Part shown: positions 25,028-38,374 of the stretch, in pieces
How the letters are laid out: each line of letters begins with the position of its first letter
How positions within the stretch are numbered: position 1 is the stretch's first letter
Assembly (NCBI GenBank): GCA_951406725.2
Contig: OX597815.1
Location: forward strand, 49,724,001-49,788,000
Reading direction: 5' to 3'
Length of the DNA stretch: 64,000 nucleotides
Origin: Octopus vulgaris
Lineage: Eukaryota
The notes under the pieces: generated by a model
What the model was told of the DNA's origin: nothing
The model's database searches: none
The model's input: only the letters and a program-made list of their open reading frames with translations
Position numbers and translations under genes: made by a program

Positions 25028-25842
25028 TATTATTATTATTATATTTCACCCTGGTGGCAAATAAAAGAAATCATTATTATTATAATGCTTAGCAGTATTT
25101 TGCCCGTTGGTACATTCTGAGTTCAAATTCCGCCGAGGTTGACTTTGCCTTTCATCCTTTCAGTGTCAATAAATTAAGTACCAGCAAAACACTGGGGTCG
25201 ATGTAATTGACTACTCCCCTCCCACCAAATTTCAAGCCTTGTGCCTTTATTCTAAAGGATTATTATCACAATTATCATATTATGATTCTTAAGGTGGTGA
25301 GCTGGCAAAATGCTTAATGGCATTTCATCCATGGCATTTCATCCATTCTGAGTTCGAATTCTGCTGAGGTCGGCTTTACCTTTTATCCTTTTGGGGTCAT
25401 TAAAATAAGTACCAATTGAGTGCTGCGGTAGGTAGAATCGACTTATCCCTTCCATTAATATTACTGGCTTTGAGCCAAAATTTGAAGATATCATTATTAT
25501 CATTATTATTAGTAGTAGTAGTATTAAGATGGTGAACTGGCAGAATCATTAGCACACTTGACGAAATGCTTAGTGGTATTTTGCCCATCACTACATTCTG
25601 AGTTCAAATTCCGCTGAGGTCGACTTTGCCTATCATCCTTCCAAGGTCAATAAATTAAGTACCAGTGAAACACTGGGGTCGATGTAATTGACTAGTCCTC
25701 TCCCCACAAATTTCAGGCCTTGTGCCATTAGTAGTCAAGATTATCATTATCTTCTTGACTTAGAATTGATCTTATTCCTGGTAGAATTTATGTGGGTTGT
25801 AGATTACTACCAGTAATCTTCAATATCCACATGATTTTATTA

Positions 25843-25873
<31 letters not shown>

Positions 25874-26759
25874 CATTATTATTATTATTATTATCACCAT
25901 TATTATTATTGTTTGTCTAGGACAACAATTTCTTTGGTGTGGTGGATTCAAATCCAGTCACTGCCATTTTGTATTTGCTTTTAAGGCAGTAAGCTGGCAG
26001 AATTATTAGCACACTGGGCAAAGTTTTTCCCCTCCCCCAAGCTGCCCTTGTCAAAATTGTTGCTGTGCTGGACAAAATGCTTAGTGGCATTTCTTTTGGC
26101 TTTTCATTATGACTTCATATGTTTCCAAGGCTGACTTTGGCTTTCATTCTTTCGGGGTTGTTAAAATAAAGTACCAGTTGAGCACAGGGATTAATGTGAT
26201 CAACTAGACCCTCCCCTAAAATTTCAGGACTTGTGCTTACTGTAGAAAGAACCACTATTATTATTAAGATGATGAGCTAGCAAAATCATTAGCATGCTGG
26301 ACAAAATGCTTAGCAGCATTTCTTCTGGCTCTTTAAGTTCTGAGTTCAAATGCCACCAAGATAGAGTTCGTCTTTCATATTCTCAGGGTTCATAAGATAA
26401 GTACCAGTTAAGTACTTTAATTAAAATCAAATATCAAGGTTGCAAGTCAGCAGGATTGTTAGCATGTTGGACAAAATACATATGACATTTGTTCTAGTGC
26501 TTTACATTCTGAGTTCAAATATCACTAAGATTAACTTTGTCTTTCATCCTTTCAGAATTGATAAAATAAAGTACAAGTCAAGTACTGAGGTAAAAAAAAA
26601 TCAACTAGCTCCTACTTACCCTAAAATTTCAGGCCTTGAGTCTGTATTAGAAACAATTATTGCTGTTGTTGTTGTTGAAAATTAGGACCATAGACAAGCA
26701 GAACTTTTAGAGTAGCAAACAAAATGACATGCAGTGTTTGTTTCAGGTCTTTAAATAAA

Positions 26760-27000
26760 TAACAGAAGCTCACCACAAATCCCATGCAGAGCAGGAGAAA
26801 TCTTCAGAGGAAGAACTCCCATCCAACAGGTATTTCAGCCCTTATACCTGACATTCTACAGGAGCTGGGTTCACCCAGGTCATGACTCTTAAGTGTCCTC
26901 CTGCTGCTTTCCAAAATCCTGTCTCACGCAGGATTTGAACCTGGTTTGTTCTTTTTGTGATCTTGTGCTCCCAGGTCTGTGTTTCAGCCCACTTGGCTGA
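26760..27000 (-). mobile_element. Distinct tRNA-derived SINE nested inside a SINE-B copy
   Basis: Minus strand has agccaagtgg (A-box-like) and ggttcaaatcc (B-box). The flanks 26690-26755 and 27001-27130 join into one SINE-B. Confidence 0.6.
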
Positions 27001-27149
27001 TTTCAAATCTCCTCAGGGTCAACTTCCTTCAAGCTTTTAGGATCATTAAAATAATACTAGTCAAGTGGGTTGATACTACTAATTCTCCACCCACAAAATT
27101 TATAGCTTTGGGCCTGTGTTAAAAACTGCTATCATTATTATTATTATTA

Positions 27150-28436
27150 CTTTTTTTTTCTTCTTTCAAATTTTCTTCCATTTCTTGCCGAGTGTCTTCC
27201 CGACTCCTAGGGCAAAGAAACTCATAGTGTATATTGGTAGGCCATTAAACCAAACTCAGTAGTTCGTTCATTTTTTTTTTTTTTTTTTTTTTTTAAAGTT
27301 AAATTAAAATACATGAGCAGCAACAGTTCTCACATCGACAATGCTCTTCTCAATACGTGTGATGTACCAGTTAAGACAATCTTTTGCACTTCTTGCAGGG
27401 ATGGTAAGCCAGGGATCATTCTCATATAATTTTCGGTTCCCTTCTTGATCATTCCTAGTGCTCCTACAATCACTGGTATTGTAACCGCCTTGAGATGCCA
27501 CATTTTCTCAATTTCAATGAGTAGGTCTTTATATTTTCTGAGCTTGTCAAACTCTTTCGCTGAGATATTATGATCACAGGGGATGCTCATGTCGATCAAT
27601 AAGCAAACTTTATTGTTTTGGTCTTTCACAACAATATCTGGTTTATTGGCCTTGATGGTTCGGTCTGTATGTACTGGAAAGTCCCACAGAATGGTTACAT
27701 TTTCTCCTTCAGTTACAGCCTCAGGGTGGTGATTATACCACTTGTCGGCAGTTTTGATATTGTAATGCCGACTTATTAGCCAGTGGAGATATTGGCCAAC
27801 TCTGTCATGTCTTAATTTATACTCCACTGGTGCTAAGACTTTACATCCAGAGATTAGGTGGTCCACTGTTTCAATCATGTCGTTGCAGAATCGGCATTTT
27901 GGGTCTGCTCCATTTTTCATCACATTGGCCTGGTAGTTCCGGGTTAATAGGCTTTGGTCTTGAGCAGCCAGGATGAAACTTTCGCTCTCTGCTTTTAGCC
28001 CTGAGCTCCGCAGCCACTGATGGGTTTGCTTCTGGTCAACATCAGCTTGTTTGCTGCGGGTCACATATTTGCCGTGCAGAGGTTTCTCCTCCCACCTATC
28101 AGCCAATTGCTCGTGCGCTTTTTTCATTGCCATCATTTTCACCTTCTTTGCAACAATAACTGCCGTACTTCCCTCGGGTTGTTCAGTTTGGGTATCCTGC
28201 ACGAGATCAATAGCAAATTTTTTGCTTTCCTTGCTGATAGAATGAAGCTTCTTTCGTCTCTCGTGATTTTCCACGAGCTTTAGCATCCAGTCACTCGATA
28301 TTTCGAGATATTTGGCCAGTCCAATTGTGGTTGTTTTGTAAGCTAGTTCAAATTGGATCAGGCCTCGACCTCCTTGGGCTCTGGGAAGGTAAAGGCGATC
28401 TACGTCTGCCTTTGGGTGGTGCATCCTATTACAACT
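27150..28436 (-). mobile_element. 5'-truncated R4/Dong-clade non-LTR retrotransposon inserted in (TAA)n
   Basis: ORF C-terminus plus 180-bp 3'UTR ending in an A-rich run. (ATT)n on both sides (27131-27149, 28436-28530). Dong elements are established TAA-repeat-specific R4-clade LINEs. Confidence 0.93.
27330..28436 (-). CDS. R4/Dong ORF C-terminal 368 aa: post-RT region, CCHC zinc knuckle, restriction-like (PD..D..K) endonuclease; no native start
   Basis: HPKADVDRLYLPRAQGGRGL; AAQDQ; CRFC-x8-H-x4-C (CRFCNDMIETVDHLISGC); RHD; KPDIVV..LIDMSIP..KLRKYKDL; PVIVGALG. No stops or frameshifts. Confidence 0.92.
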   Translation of the reverse strand, partial: SCNRMHHPKADVDRLYLPRAQGGRGLIQFELAYKTTTIGLAKYLEISSDWMLKLVENHERRKKLHSISKESKKFAIDLVQDTQTEQPEGSTAVIVAKKVKMMAMKKAHEQLADRWEEKPLHGKYVTRSKQADVDQKQTHQWLRSSGLKAESESFILAAQDQSLLTRNYQANVMKNGADPKCRFCNDMIETVDHLISGCKVLAPVEYKLRHDRVGQYLHWLISRHYNIKTADKWYNHHPEAVTEGENVTILWDFPVHTDRTIKANKPDIVVKDQNNKVCLLIDMSIPCDHNISAKEFDKLRKYKDLLIEIEKMWHLKAVTIPVIVGALGMIKKGTENYMRMIPGLPSLQEVQKIVLTGTSHVLRRALSM

Positions 28437-28477
28437 TATTATTATTATTATTATTATCATTATTATTATTATTATTA

Positions 28478-28527
<50 letters not shown>

Positions 28528-29600
28528 GATATTCTTATCATCAACATCATTATTGTCATCATGCTTATTGAAGTTATCATCATACTCATCATCTTCATGC
28601 GAGCTATTTATAAAAAATATTACCTTTATTGTTATCACTATTATAATTATTACTTTTATAATTATCATTTCTGTTGATATTATTTTGTCTTTGCCAATGA
28701 TGTTTATGTGTGATAATTACAACATTCAAATTGGCAGTCATCCACGCTAACGGTGGCAGCAGTGGCATTATGGATGGGTACGGTGAATTTTCATGGTGTT
28801 AGAGTGTCGTCTACCTGTGTCAGTCTAATGAAATAAAGAATTCGGTTTGAATAATAATCAAATACTGGGATTAACAAATGAAACAATAAAATAACAACAG
28901 CAACAACAATAATAATGATGATAATAATAATAAATCAAGTAAAAAAACCAAATCAATAACAAAATTTCCATCTGCTAATATTTTGGAACATCCGCCATCT
29001 TCCTCTTTTCAATTTCTTTGTTCTACAAGAACAAATAACTTGTTTCCAGTGATTAATTTTCCTTTTACTTTCCTATCTATTACAGCTTATTCCCATCTTT
29101 GTTCAGTTTTCCTTCATTTCCCTGCATCTGTTTAACAGTATCTTTAATATATCCAGAAAAATTAATGAATTTCACGTATTTTAATCAGTTCCATACACAA
29201 CCCAACCACTTCCCACCATGCTTTCTGTTGTTTTCTTTTCTTCTTAAGTGGAAACTCCCTCAACCATATCACATAAAAGATAGTTCCACCTACTCCATCA
29301 CCACCAACACCACCATCACTAATTCCACCAGCACCATTGCCGCTGTCAACAACAATAATAAATAAGCCCCTTTTGTCAATACTAGATACCACACACCAGC
29401 ACCCCGTTGTTATCTTGCTAACTGGTGTTTGAAATATATTGAGATGATAAATATCTGGTAAGGAGAGTGGATATATCAAGCTATCAGGCATGATGTGGTG
29501 GTCGTGGGGAGGGTCACAGATATATAATATAGTCTTAATAATATTGCTTTGTTTCATAAGTGGACCTTTTTGGGCAATGTTAGAAATTGTTTTTCTCCCT

Positions 29601-29830
<230 letters not shown>

Positions 29831-30391
29831 TAAATGGATGCTTTAATACAAACAATGATTAAATGAAATCACAGAAATCCTTAAATACAATATTATTGTA
29901 CTTTATTTAAATATTATTTGCATTTTATTAAAAATCAACAATAATATTACGGCTAATGTTCGTATTTGCCACATGGATAAATAAAAGAAAACACTGCATG
30001 GATACAGAGAAATAAACATACAAAATATAGTTTTGGATATGTTGATTAAAAGGGATATGAACCTAGATTATTTAAAGGAATACACACAAGTGAGTGCATG
30101 GCATAATTGACAAAGCATTCAGACGAAACAGCTTTTGGTGTAAGGTTATGCTCCTTATGTTATCAGTTCAAATCCTGCCCAGGGCCACTTTGCCTTTTAA
30201 GTATTATCTTTTACTTCTTTCAGTCATTGGACTGTGGTCATGCTGGGGCACCATCTTCATAAAATAAGTGCCAGTCAATAGATTAAGTACTCTTATTGCT
30301 GTAACTGGTTATGCCCTAGAAGATGCTGTCCTGGCTTGTCCAAAGACTGGAACCAATAACATAATAAAAGGATAAAGTGCAATTGCATTTG

Positions 30392-30938
30392 TACAAGATC
30401 TGATCAAAGAGTATTGGGAGAGGTGCTATAAAAAAATTACTACAGAAATCAACATTTAATCTTCTGAAGCCATACACTTTATCCAGCATTGTTTCCATTG
30501 ATGGAAATGTTCCTGGAACTCCATTTTGGGGATAGCAAGCAGCTGATTTTTATTTCATTCTCTTGGATTCCTCAATGTCTTGAAATCTTGTGCCTTTCTG
30601 GTGGTATTTGATTTTTGTAAAGAGTCTTGGCTGTAATAATAACCTTCAAGCTGTGTCTCTTTTCACGCACACACATGCTCACACACGCGCGTACACACAC
30701 ACACACACTTTCTCTGCCATGGTCACTGATGGAACCTCTGTGGTGTGGTGAGACAACCACATTCTACACACTTTACTTCCAAACCCTGCTGTAAACAACG
30801 GAAGTGAGCGAAAGCATTATAACTTGGTGTACTTGCAGGACAGAGTTCAAGGTCAATCTGTGCTGAGTGGCTTCACTCTGTGTACTTTAGTTCTATTACC
30901 ACAGCAACAGGACCAATACTTTTTGATCAAGCCCCATA
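30392..30938 (-). mobile_element. Internally deleted mariner element (~550 bp) with TA TSD
   Basis: Imperfect TIRs ta-caagatctgatcaaagagtattgg / ccaatactttttgatcaagcccca-ta. Minus strand of 30455-30625 encodes LFTKIKYHQKGTRFQDIEE..IPKMEFQEHFHQWKQCWIKCM (mariner C-terminus). Confidence 0.78.
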
Positions 30939-33900
30939 TCTGTAAGAACTGCTATCTTGAGTCTAACAACAGTAATAACAGTGTCTATTGCAGCAAAGAT
31001 ATATATGCAGATGTATGATGTTCAAGATCTCAGAAGACATGACAAAGTATATCTACCACTGAGCATGTACTGATGTACAAGGAAGTGATCCAATCATCCA
31101 GTACTTGAAGTTAGGTTTGATTCTGCTTTAAGAATATCCTTGATACACATAACCCAGGAACATTTTCTCAACTGTGCTAAACTAACCAGAACTGAGTCAA
31201 AATCGGTGAAAACTGAACCATACAATATTATCTTGTACAACGTTATGGTTGACCTGAAGTGACCATCTTAAAATTCCACAAGCAGGAGTAATAACCCAGT
31301 CTTGACATATCTATGAGAATTTTTAGAGGATCACACACTTCAAAACTCCATTATGTTGTGCTTCTTAGCACTAGAAATGTACCCAGGTAATGTTCATTTG
31401 TGACACATATTGTATTTTGTTAAGCAAAAATACAACCACCACGTGCTCAGGATCACCTTAATTTATGTCCTGAGTGTCCAATGTTGTGAATATTCTAAAT
31501 GGCAGACTACTTTTAGCGTATTCAGAAAGCTCTCATAATAGTCTTTTGCAATCGTGGTTGTTGCAACAAATTGCAATAGTTATTTCCTCTGGTAGGTTTG
31601 GGTGCCTAATTTTACTTCTCCAGCTTCTTTTCAACTTTCTAGAAGTTCACACATCTGTTGATTGATGAGGCAATATCATGGTTTTATTGCTGAAAATTGC
31701 ATTAATGATAACTACTACTACCACTACTACTGCAACATCAACAGAAATCACAAAAGAAAAAAGTAGCCAAATTTCCTTCAACTTAATCAAAGTGCTCTCT
31801 GGACAAGATCATTTTAGATATAAAAAATGACAGAATGGTCACAGCTAGACTGTTTTGGATTATAATTTTTCTCAATTAGGACAAATCTTGGATTAAGTAA
31901 CAACAGCAACAACAACAATAAATTAGAGCATTATATTTTATTGCTACTCAAAAGCTGTCTTAATATAAAATATAAGGCCATATTCCTGAAAAAAAGCACC
32001 TTAAATCTTCTAGGATATATATGTTACTATATGAAACTTGAGGGTCATTGACCATTAGTGATCTAGCAAATATGTACACAACAACAAATGACTGGCTCAA
32101 ACAGTATCACCATTAGAATACATCAATAAAATGGAATTCTGTTTTCTGAATTGACTTGTAACAATACAAATCACTCCCTTGACTTTACGAGTTCTTGAGA
32201 TCATCTCAAAATTCTAGAATGTCTGTCATTTGACTTCTCCAAGTGATTTATGGGACAATTTCAGATTTCCAAACTTGAAATCAATATTTTTATCTAAGGA
32301 GATAAACAGTGTTATGGATTAGGCTTACTTTCTGAGCCATTCATGGTAAGTCTATTTCTGAAACATTCAATGTTTGGTATCTATATGATGCTGGTTGAGT
32401 AGTTAAAATCTTGGCCTACTAATCTAAATATCAGATTCTAGAGAATTTCATGATGTTCATAGGCAAGACGCTTGCCTCAACTTACTAAAAAGTATGTATT
32501 ACAGCTACTTTATAGCTGATTGGTTGACACTGGAAAGTGGCTCTGGTTATAAAATGCTACTCCAAAAGTTAATAAAACATGTCTGAATTTGAAAACTATT
32601 ACATTTAGAAGTGAAATAAACAGGAAAAAAATCATTAAAAAGAAAATTAAGATATATAAAATAACATAAAACTATTAAAACGAATTAAAAAAACCATCTA
32701 TAAATGAAGGTTTCTCTAAAGCCAAACCAAATTTTTATTTCATTCCATTTCCCTTTAGTAAGGATCATAAAAATATAATTGATATTTTTTATGGAATGAA
32801 GCCAATAAGTTTGAATTAGGTTATTAGAGATAACTTCCATGCATACTTAAATCTATTGAGATACACAAAACAGAGGTACTGAGATTTGAAACTACAGATT
32901 TCTGATTTGAGTATTAATAGCAAGCCAAAGTCAGTCTCCCTCAATAATTCAAGTAGATTGAATACTGAGATTGAGAAATATTGTTAAAGTAGAATGAAAT
33001 TGATGTGCATACCAGAGCAAATATGATTTATCTTTATACTACAAGTCCAAATCATTCAAAATTGTTTTGTCTGTCTTTCCTTCACATTTCTTCATCTTGA
33101 ATGTACTGTTTCAGGTTTGAATATTTTCATTTACCTCCTCACGTTTTAAGACTTTCTATTCTTGCACATGGATATTTCTGAAAATTAACTGTAATTAAAA
33201 AAAAAAGGACCAGTTCCATTGTTGTTGATTGACAAAATTAACCAGAACATATTATAAACCAGCAAGAGAGAGGATTTCTACAATGACCATTCTTAGGGAT
33301 ATTGCAAACAAAGTTTCTTTCTGAAATGTCTGTAATATGAGGTCAAATATATACTAACTGAATTTGGGAAACTGATGCTTTAAATGCATTTAGAAATGGA
33401 TATGTATTTAATAAAGTTCTTCTTCAACTGATTCTGATACAGAAAGGCTAACAACTTGCAAATAATAACTACAAGAAAATGTTTTTCAAGAGATACATGT
33501 GAGATTCATGAGCCCTGTTTATCACTTAAATTCAAATTCAAAGACATGGTACAATTTTATCATAGATCTCTTTAAATGTGAAAACCTTTCTGTTGGCTGT
33601 CAAACGATGTAATAAATGTGTACTGATTGAAATAATTTTTTGGTAGAGTATGCTTCTAGTCTCATATCTGGATTCTTGAATGATAACTGCCTTTGTAGAA
33701 TTGGTTTTAACTAGAGCTTTTTCAATGTTTAAAGCAATATCAAAGGTAAAATATCCTCACTGAGATAGTTATCAATTCAGCTATACTTTAAGTGACTTTT
33801 TAAAACAAAAAATAATTTCAAGAGTAGTAAAATAAAGTAAATTTCTCTATTGCTGCTGTTGCTATAGCTTCTGCCATTATTACTTTTGCTGTTGTTACTA

Positions 33901-34259
33901 ATATAGTTGAGCCACGAATAAGTTCTGATCAAGCAAACCTAAGATCAAAAGTATTTAAACCATAACTATTCCATTTTCTGATCAAGGATAGTGTCCCTTG
34001 ATGTTTGTTCTTGATTGAGAGCACAGGACTCAAAACATTACCAAATATGACCTTCTTAAGACATGGAAATTTACGAGTTATTTTTATCAGGTCAAATGAT
34101 TACAACGAGGCTCTCTGTACTGCTGCTTCTTCCAACAAAGTTATCATTAACATCAACAATTTTATGTTTATATAAGTGTTGTTATTTTCAATTTCTTACC
34201 CTAAATTTTGTGCTGGCAGGGTGCAAATGTTGTTTGATGCAGTCTTTAAAATGAACAAA

Positions 34260-34460
34260 TTCCTCACTGACCACATCTGCCAGGCACCTCTATGCAGTTG
34301 GACTTCACAAGGTCAACTGGGAATACAAGATCAAGCTGGATACCTATCAAATGAGATACAAACTGCCCTGACTGTCACAATGCTATCTTCCATACAATCA
34401 ATCAGAGATGAACAGTATGTACTACATGATCTCAGGCCATATGAAACTGCAGCATAGCTA
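34260..34460 (+). mobile_element. Very decayed LINE C-terminal zinc-knuckle remnant
   Basis: Frameshifted KLDTY..CPDCHNAIFHTI..LHDLRPYETAA resembles CxxC..H knuckle/DLW tails of I-group-like LINEs. Clade uncertain. Confidence 0.35.
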
Positions 34461-34771
34461 GTATGATGGATCTGTGGATCGAGTGGAAGCATTCAATCAA
34501 CTATTTCCGTGATAACCACAACAGTAACAACAATAACAATAACAACAGCAATAAGGAGGCAGTAATGATGATTATTGGAATTATGCAGCAAAAGCATCGC
34601 AAATATAATAACCACCACCAACACCTATGCCACGGTTACTACCAACATCACAACCACAGTGACAACCACTAACACTACCACCACAGCAACTATTCATACC
34701 ACCACTGTGACAACTGTGCCCTTGCAACAACTACTTGCCCACCACTACCACAACAACTACAATCACTACAA

Positions 34772-34867
34772 TACACCACCACCACCACCATAACAACTAT
34801 TGGCACCAACACCACCCTCACCACCACCACCACCACCATAACAACTATTGGCACCAACACCACCCTC
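34772..34867. repeat. 48-bp perfect tandem duplication within a (CAC/CAA)n low-complexity tract
   Basis: caccaccataacaactattggcaccaacaccaccctc twice (anchors 34791 and 34839). Confidence 0.9.
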
Positions 34868-35180
34868 TCTACCACTGTACTACTAGCACCTTCACTATAA
34901 AAACCATGAATAGTACCATTACAACAATAATTACTACCACCAAAATGATAAGCATTAAAGTTCTTAAAAACTTGCCAAATCAAAAATCGTTTATCTTAGT
35001 TACCTCAACAGGAGCTGACTTTACTTTTCATCCAGTTGGACTCATAAAGCAAAGTACCAGTTAAATACTGGGGTATAGTGCAACATTCTGGTTTACCAGT
35101 TACAGTCAAACAGTCTAACCCATGCCAGCATGGGAAATGGATGCTAAAAGTGAAAAGAAGAGAGAAACTTCGTTAATAAG

Positions 35181-35340
35181 GTGTATGGCTATGTGGTAAG
35201 AAGCCTGCTTCCCAACCACATGGTTCCAGGTTCAATCCTACTGCATGACACCTTGGCCAAGTGTCGTCTACTACAGCTTCAGGCCGACCAAAGCCGTGTA
35301 AGTGGATTTGGTAGACAGAAACTGAAGCCCATCATATATA

Positions 35341-35373
<33 letters not shown>

Positions 35374-35553
35374 CTTTGTGCCTATGTTTGTCCCATTCCA
35401 CTGCTTGACAACCAGTGTTGGTGTGTTTACAACTCTGTAACTTAGCAGTTCAACAAAAAAAAAATGATAGAATAAGTACTGGCGGTCGATTTGTTTGACT
35501 AAAACCCTCAAAGTGGTGCTCCAGCTTGGCCGTAGTCAAATGACTGTAACAAG
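35181..35553 (+). mobile_element. Full-length SINE family A
   Basis: Head tggctatgtggtaagaag, B-box ggttcaatcc, internal (TG)n, standard tail. Confidence 0.88.
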
Positions 35554-35954
35554 ATATATATATGAGTTGTCAAAGAAACCTCTGATCAAAAAAATTCCAA
35601 CTGTGAATATCTATCTTGTTTATGGGTATCTAGGACTACATTCTCCAATGTGGCTTTCCATTTTAGATATTAGGGCATGATTTGAGGGAGATTTAGCTGT
35701 CATTTCTAGTAACTCATTTGACCACATGGAGACTCCATCATCACTGGATCATCTCAATTGCATGCATTTGTACAGTTTTGTTCATAAATATGTTTACTTG
35801 CAGTGTGTATATGATTATGTTAACTATGTGTATGTGAATGTGTGCCACCACAAAATCCAGTTACTGCTGCAATGTGTTGATTTGTGTGCCTCAGTGACCC
35901 CCGAGAGTTATGCCAGTGGTGCACAGTTTCCTTGTAGGAATGTTCGCTGAATTA

Positions 35955-36607
35955 CCTCCATGTCTAGATTTTACTCGTGGAGAGTTAGCTGGGTCTGCAT
36001 AGCAACAATGACCGCACAGCAACAAACAATACAGTTAAGTGTGATATGCAAGACATTTGGCTGTTATTTCTAGCACATGCTGGCTCTTTGTCTCTCTCTC
36101 TCTCTCTTTCTTTTTCTCTCCCTATTAAACTGTTTCCCAATGGTCACTGGAATATCTCCATGGAGAGTTAGCTGGGTCCGCATAACAACAACGACCACAC
36201 AGTAACAAACAATACAGTAAGGTGTGATATACAAGACTTTTGACTGTTGTTTCTAGCACATAGACGCTTTTTCTCTCTGTTAAGCTGTTCTCCAATAGTC
36301 ACTGGATTCCATGTCTATAGATTTGTTCATGGAGAGTTAGCAGGGCCTGCATAGCAACAACAAAACCATAACAAACAATACAATGAGGTGTGATATGCAA
36401 GACATTTTGCTGCTATTTCTAGCATACAGAAGCTCTCTCTCTCTCTCTCTAATAAGCTGTTCTCCAATGGTCACTGGATGATTTGATTGTCTTTAGGTTT
36501 GCTTATGGTGAGTTAGCTGGGCATGTATAGCAACAACGACTACAGCAACAAAAAAAAGTAAGGTGTGGTTTGCAAGACATTTGGCTACTATTTCTAGCAC
36601 GTAGAAG

Positions 36608-36649
<42 letters not shown>

Positions 36650-36908
36650 TAAGCTGTTCTCCAGTGTTGACTGGATTATCTTCATATCTATAGTTTTGCT
36701 TATGGAGAGTTAGCTGGATCTGCATAACAACAACGACCTCAGCAACAATACAGTAAGGTGTAATATGCAAGACATTTGACTGCTATTTCTAGCACACAGA
36801 AACTCCCTTTCTATTAAGTTGTTCCCAAATGTTCACTGGATTAACTCGATGTCTTTAGCTTTGCTCATGGGTCTGCATAGCAACAATGACACAGCAACAA
36901 TAATAAGG
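35955..36908. repeat. Minisatellite, ~5.5 diverged copies of a 165-197-bp unit with embedded (CT)n
   Basis: Anchor ggagagttagc at 35979, 36162, 36331, 36507, 36704 (partial 36869). Shared gcaagacattt..tatttctagca and aagctgttctcca..cactgga. Confidence 0.93.
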
Positions 36909-37389
36909 ATTAGAAACTTGCTAAACAACATTTTTGTGCGGTGAAAATTTGCTTAAAAGATTGTATTACTGTGTAATGGCGAAATGTAAGAACTGAAATA
37001 TGTCTTTCATATAAACACAAAATGATATCAGCAAGAAATAAAATACACTGAAAGATAGAATCTGTGTCTAAGTCAAGCAAATTGTAAACATTCACAGCTA
37101 ATGAATAAATAAGTCAATTTAGGAAATGTATACAGAGGCATGAGGTTGTGGTGAGTAGAGAGGAGAAAGGGGTGGGAGTGAAGAGAGCGAGGGATGGAGA
37201 GGGATAGAGAAAAATAATATGATAAAGAGAAATAGAGAGACAACGAGCGAGGGAGACTATGGAAGAGGAAGAGAGGGGTGGGGGGAAAGAGTAAGAGAGG
37301 ATTCAAATGTAAAGTAAAATAAGTAAATTGAAATAAATATACAGAAATATATTAAAAAATCCACATTTTGATTTGACGATGGTAGCAGT

Positions 37390-37584
37390 GAAGAAGAAGA
37401 AGAAGAAGAAGAAGAAGAAGAAGAAGAAGAAGAAGAAGAAGAAGAAGAAGAAGAAGAAGAAGAAGAAGAAGAAGAAGAAGAAGAAGAAGAAGAAGAAGAA
37501 GAAGAAGAAGAAGAAGAAGAAGAAGAAGAAGAAGAAGAAGAAGAAGAAGAAGAAGAAGAAGAAGAAGAAGAAGAAGAAGAAGAA
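37390..37584. repeat. Uninterrupted (GAA)65
   Basis: 195 bp of pure GAA. Confidence 0.97.
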
Positions 37585-38274
37585 TCGGAAATAGTTTCTC
37601 TTTTAAAACAGCCAACAAAGAGAAAAGGAAAATAATGCTGGCAGGGAGGGGGAGCTATAGTAACATCATTTTACTGTTGGGCTATAACATGAGATTAAGG
37701 GTCAAAATCCTTCATCTTAATTTTTTAACCCTTTTGTCACCATATTTCTGTTGAAGCATACTGCCTTTCACTCATGGACTTTTCGGCATCACAGTAATGA
37801 TAATAATAATTCTTTATACTATCAGCTCAGTGCCTGAGATTTGTGGAGGGGAGATTATTTGATTACATGAAACTCTGTTCTTCACTGGCACATGTTTCAT
37901 CAACCCTGGAAGAATGAAAGGCAAAGCTGACCTTAGCAGATTTTGAACTCACAATGTAAAGAGATGAAATGCAACTAATCATTTTATTTGGCATGCTAAT
38001 GATTCAACCAGTTCACCACTTTAATAATAATAATAGTTTTAATTTTTGGCACAAGGCCAGCAATTTTGAAGAACTGTTAAGGGAATGTAATTGACCCTAG
38101 TACTTGACTGATACTTATTTTATTGATCCTGAAAGGAATTTGAACTCACAACATAAAAACAAATGAAATGCTATTAAGCATTTCGTCCAAAATACAGACA
38201 ATTCTGCCTACTCACCATCTCAATAATAATAATAATAACAATAATTATAATAATGACAATAATAATAATAATAA

Positions 38275-38374
38275 CACACTAGGCATAACAACATGAACTT
38301 CCAACCTGTTGTCTCTTCAGGTCTCTGGATGAGACTTGGAGCCAACTTGTACAAATATAAAGCAAAAGTCAAAC

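Larger units (their letters stand above)
24490..27149 (+). mobile_element. Train of about 10 same-orientation SINE family B copies joined by (ATT)n
   Basis: Units or partial units start near 24500, 25085, 25291, 25526, 25984, 26065, 26266, 26440 and 26690 (split; resumes at 27000). Confidence 0.82.

Noticed and set aside
28437-28598. Hydrophobic M/I-rich N-terminus apparently fused in frame to the Dong ORF (422 aa)
   Set aside because: It is the flanking (ATA/ATG)n target repeat, open by chance. There is no evidence of a promoter or of domestication.
35955-36908. Repeat-spacer appearance suggestive of CRISPR
   Set aside because: Whole units are homologous (no unique spacers), the units are far too long, the context is eukaryotic and there are no cas genes.
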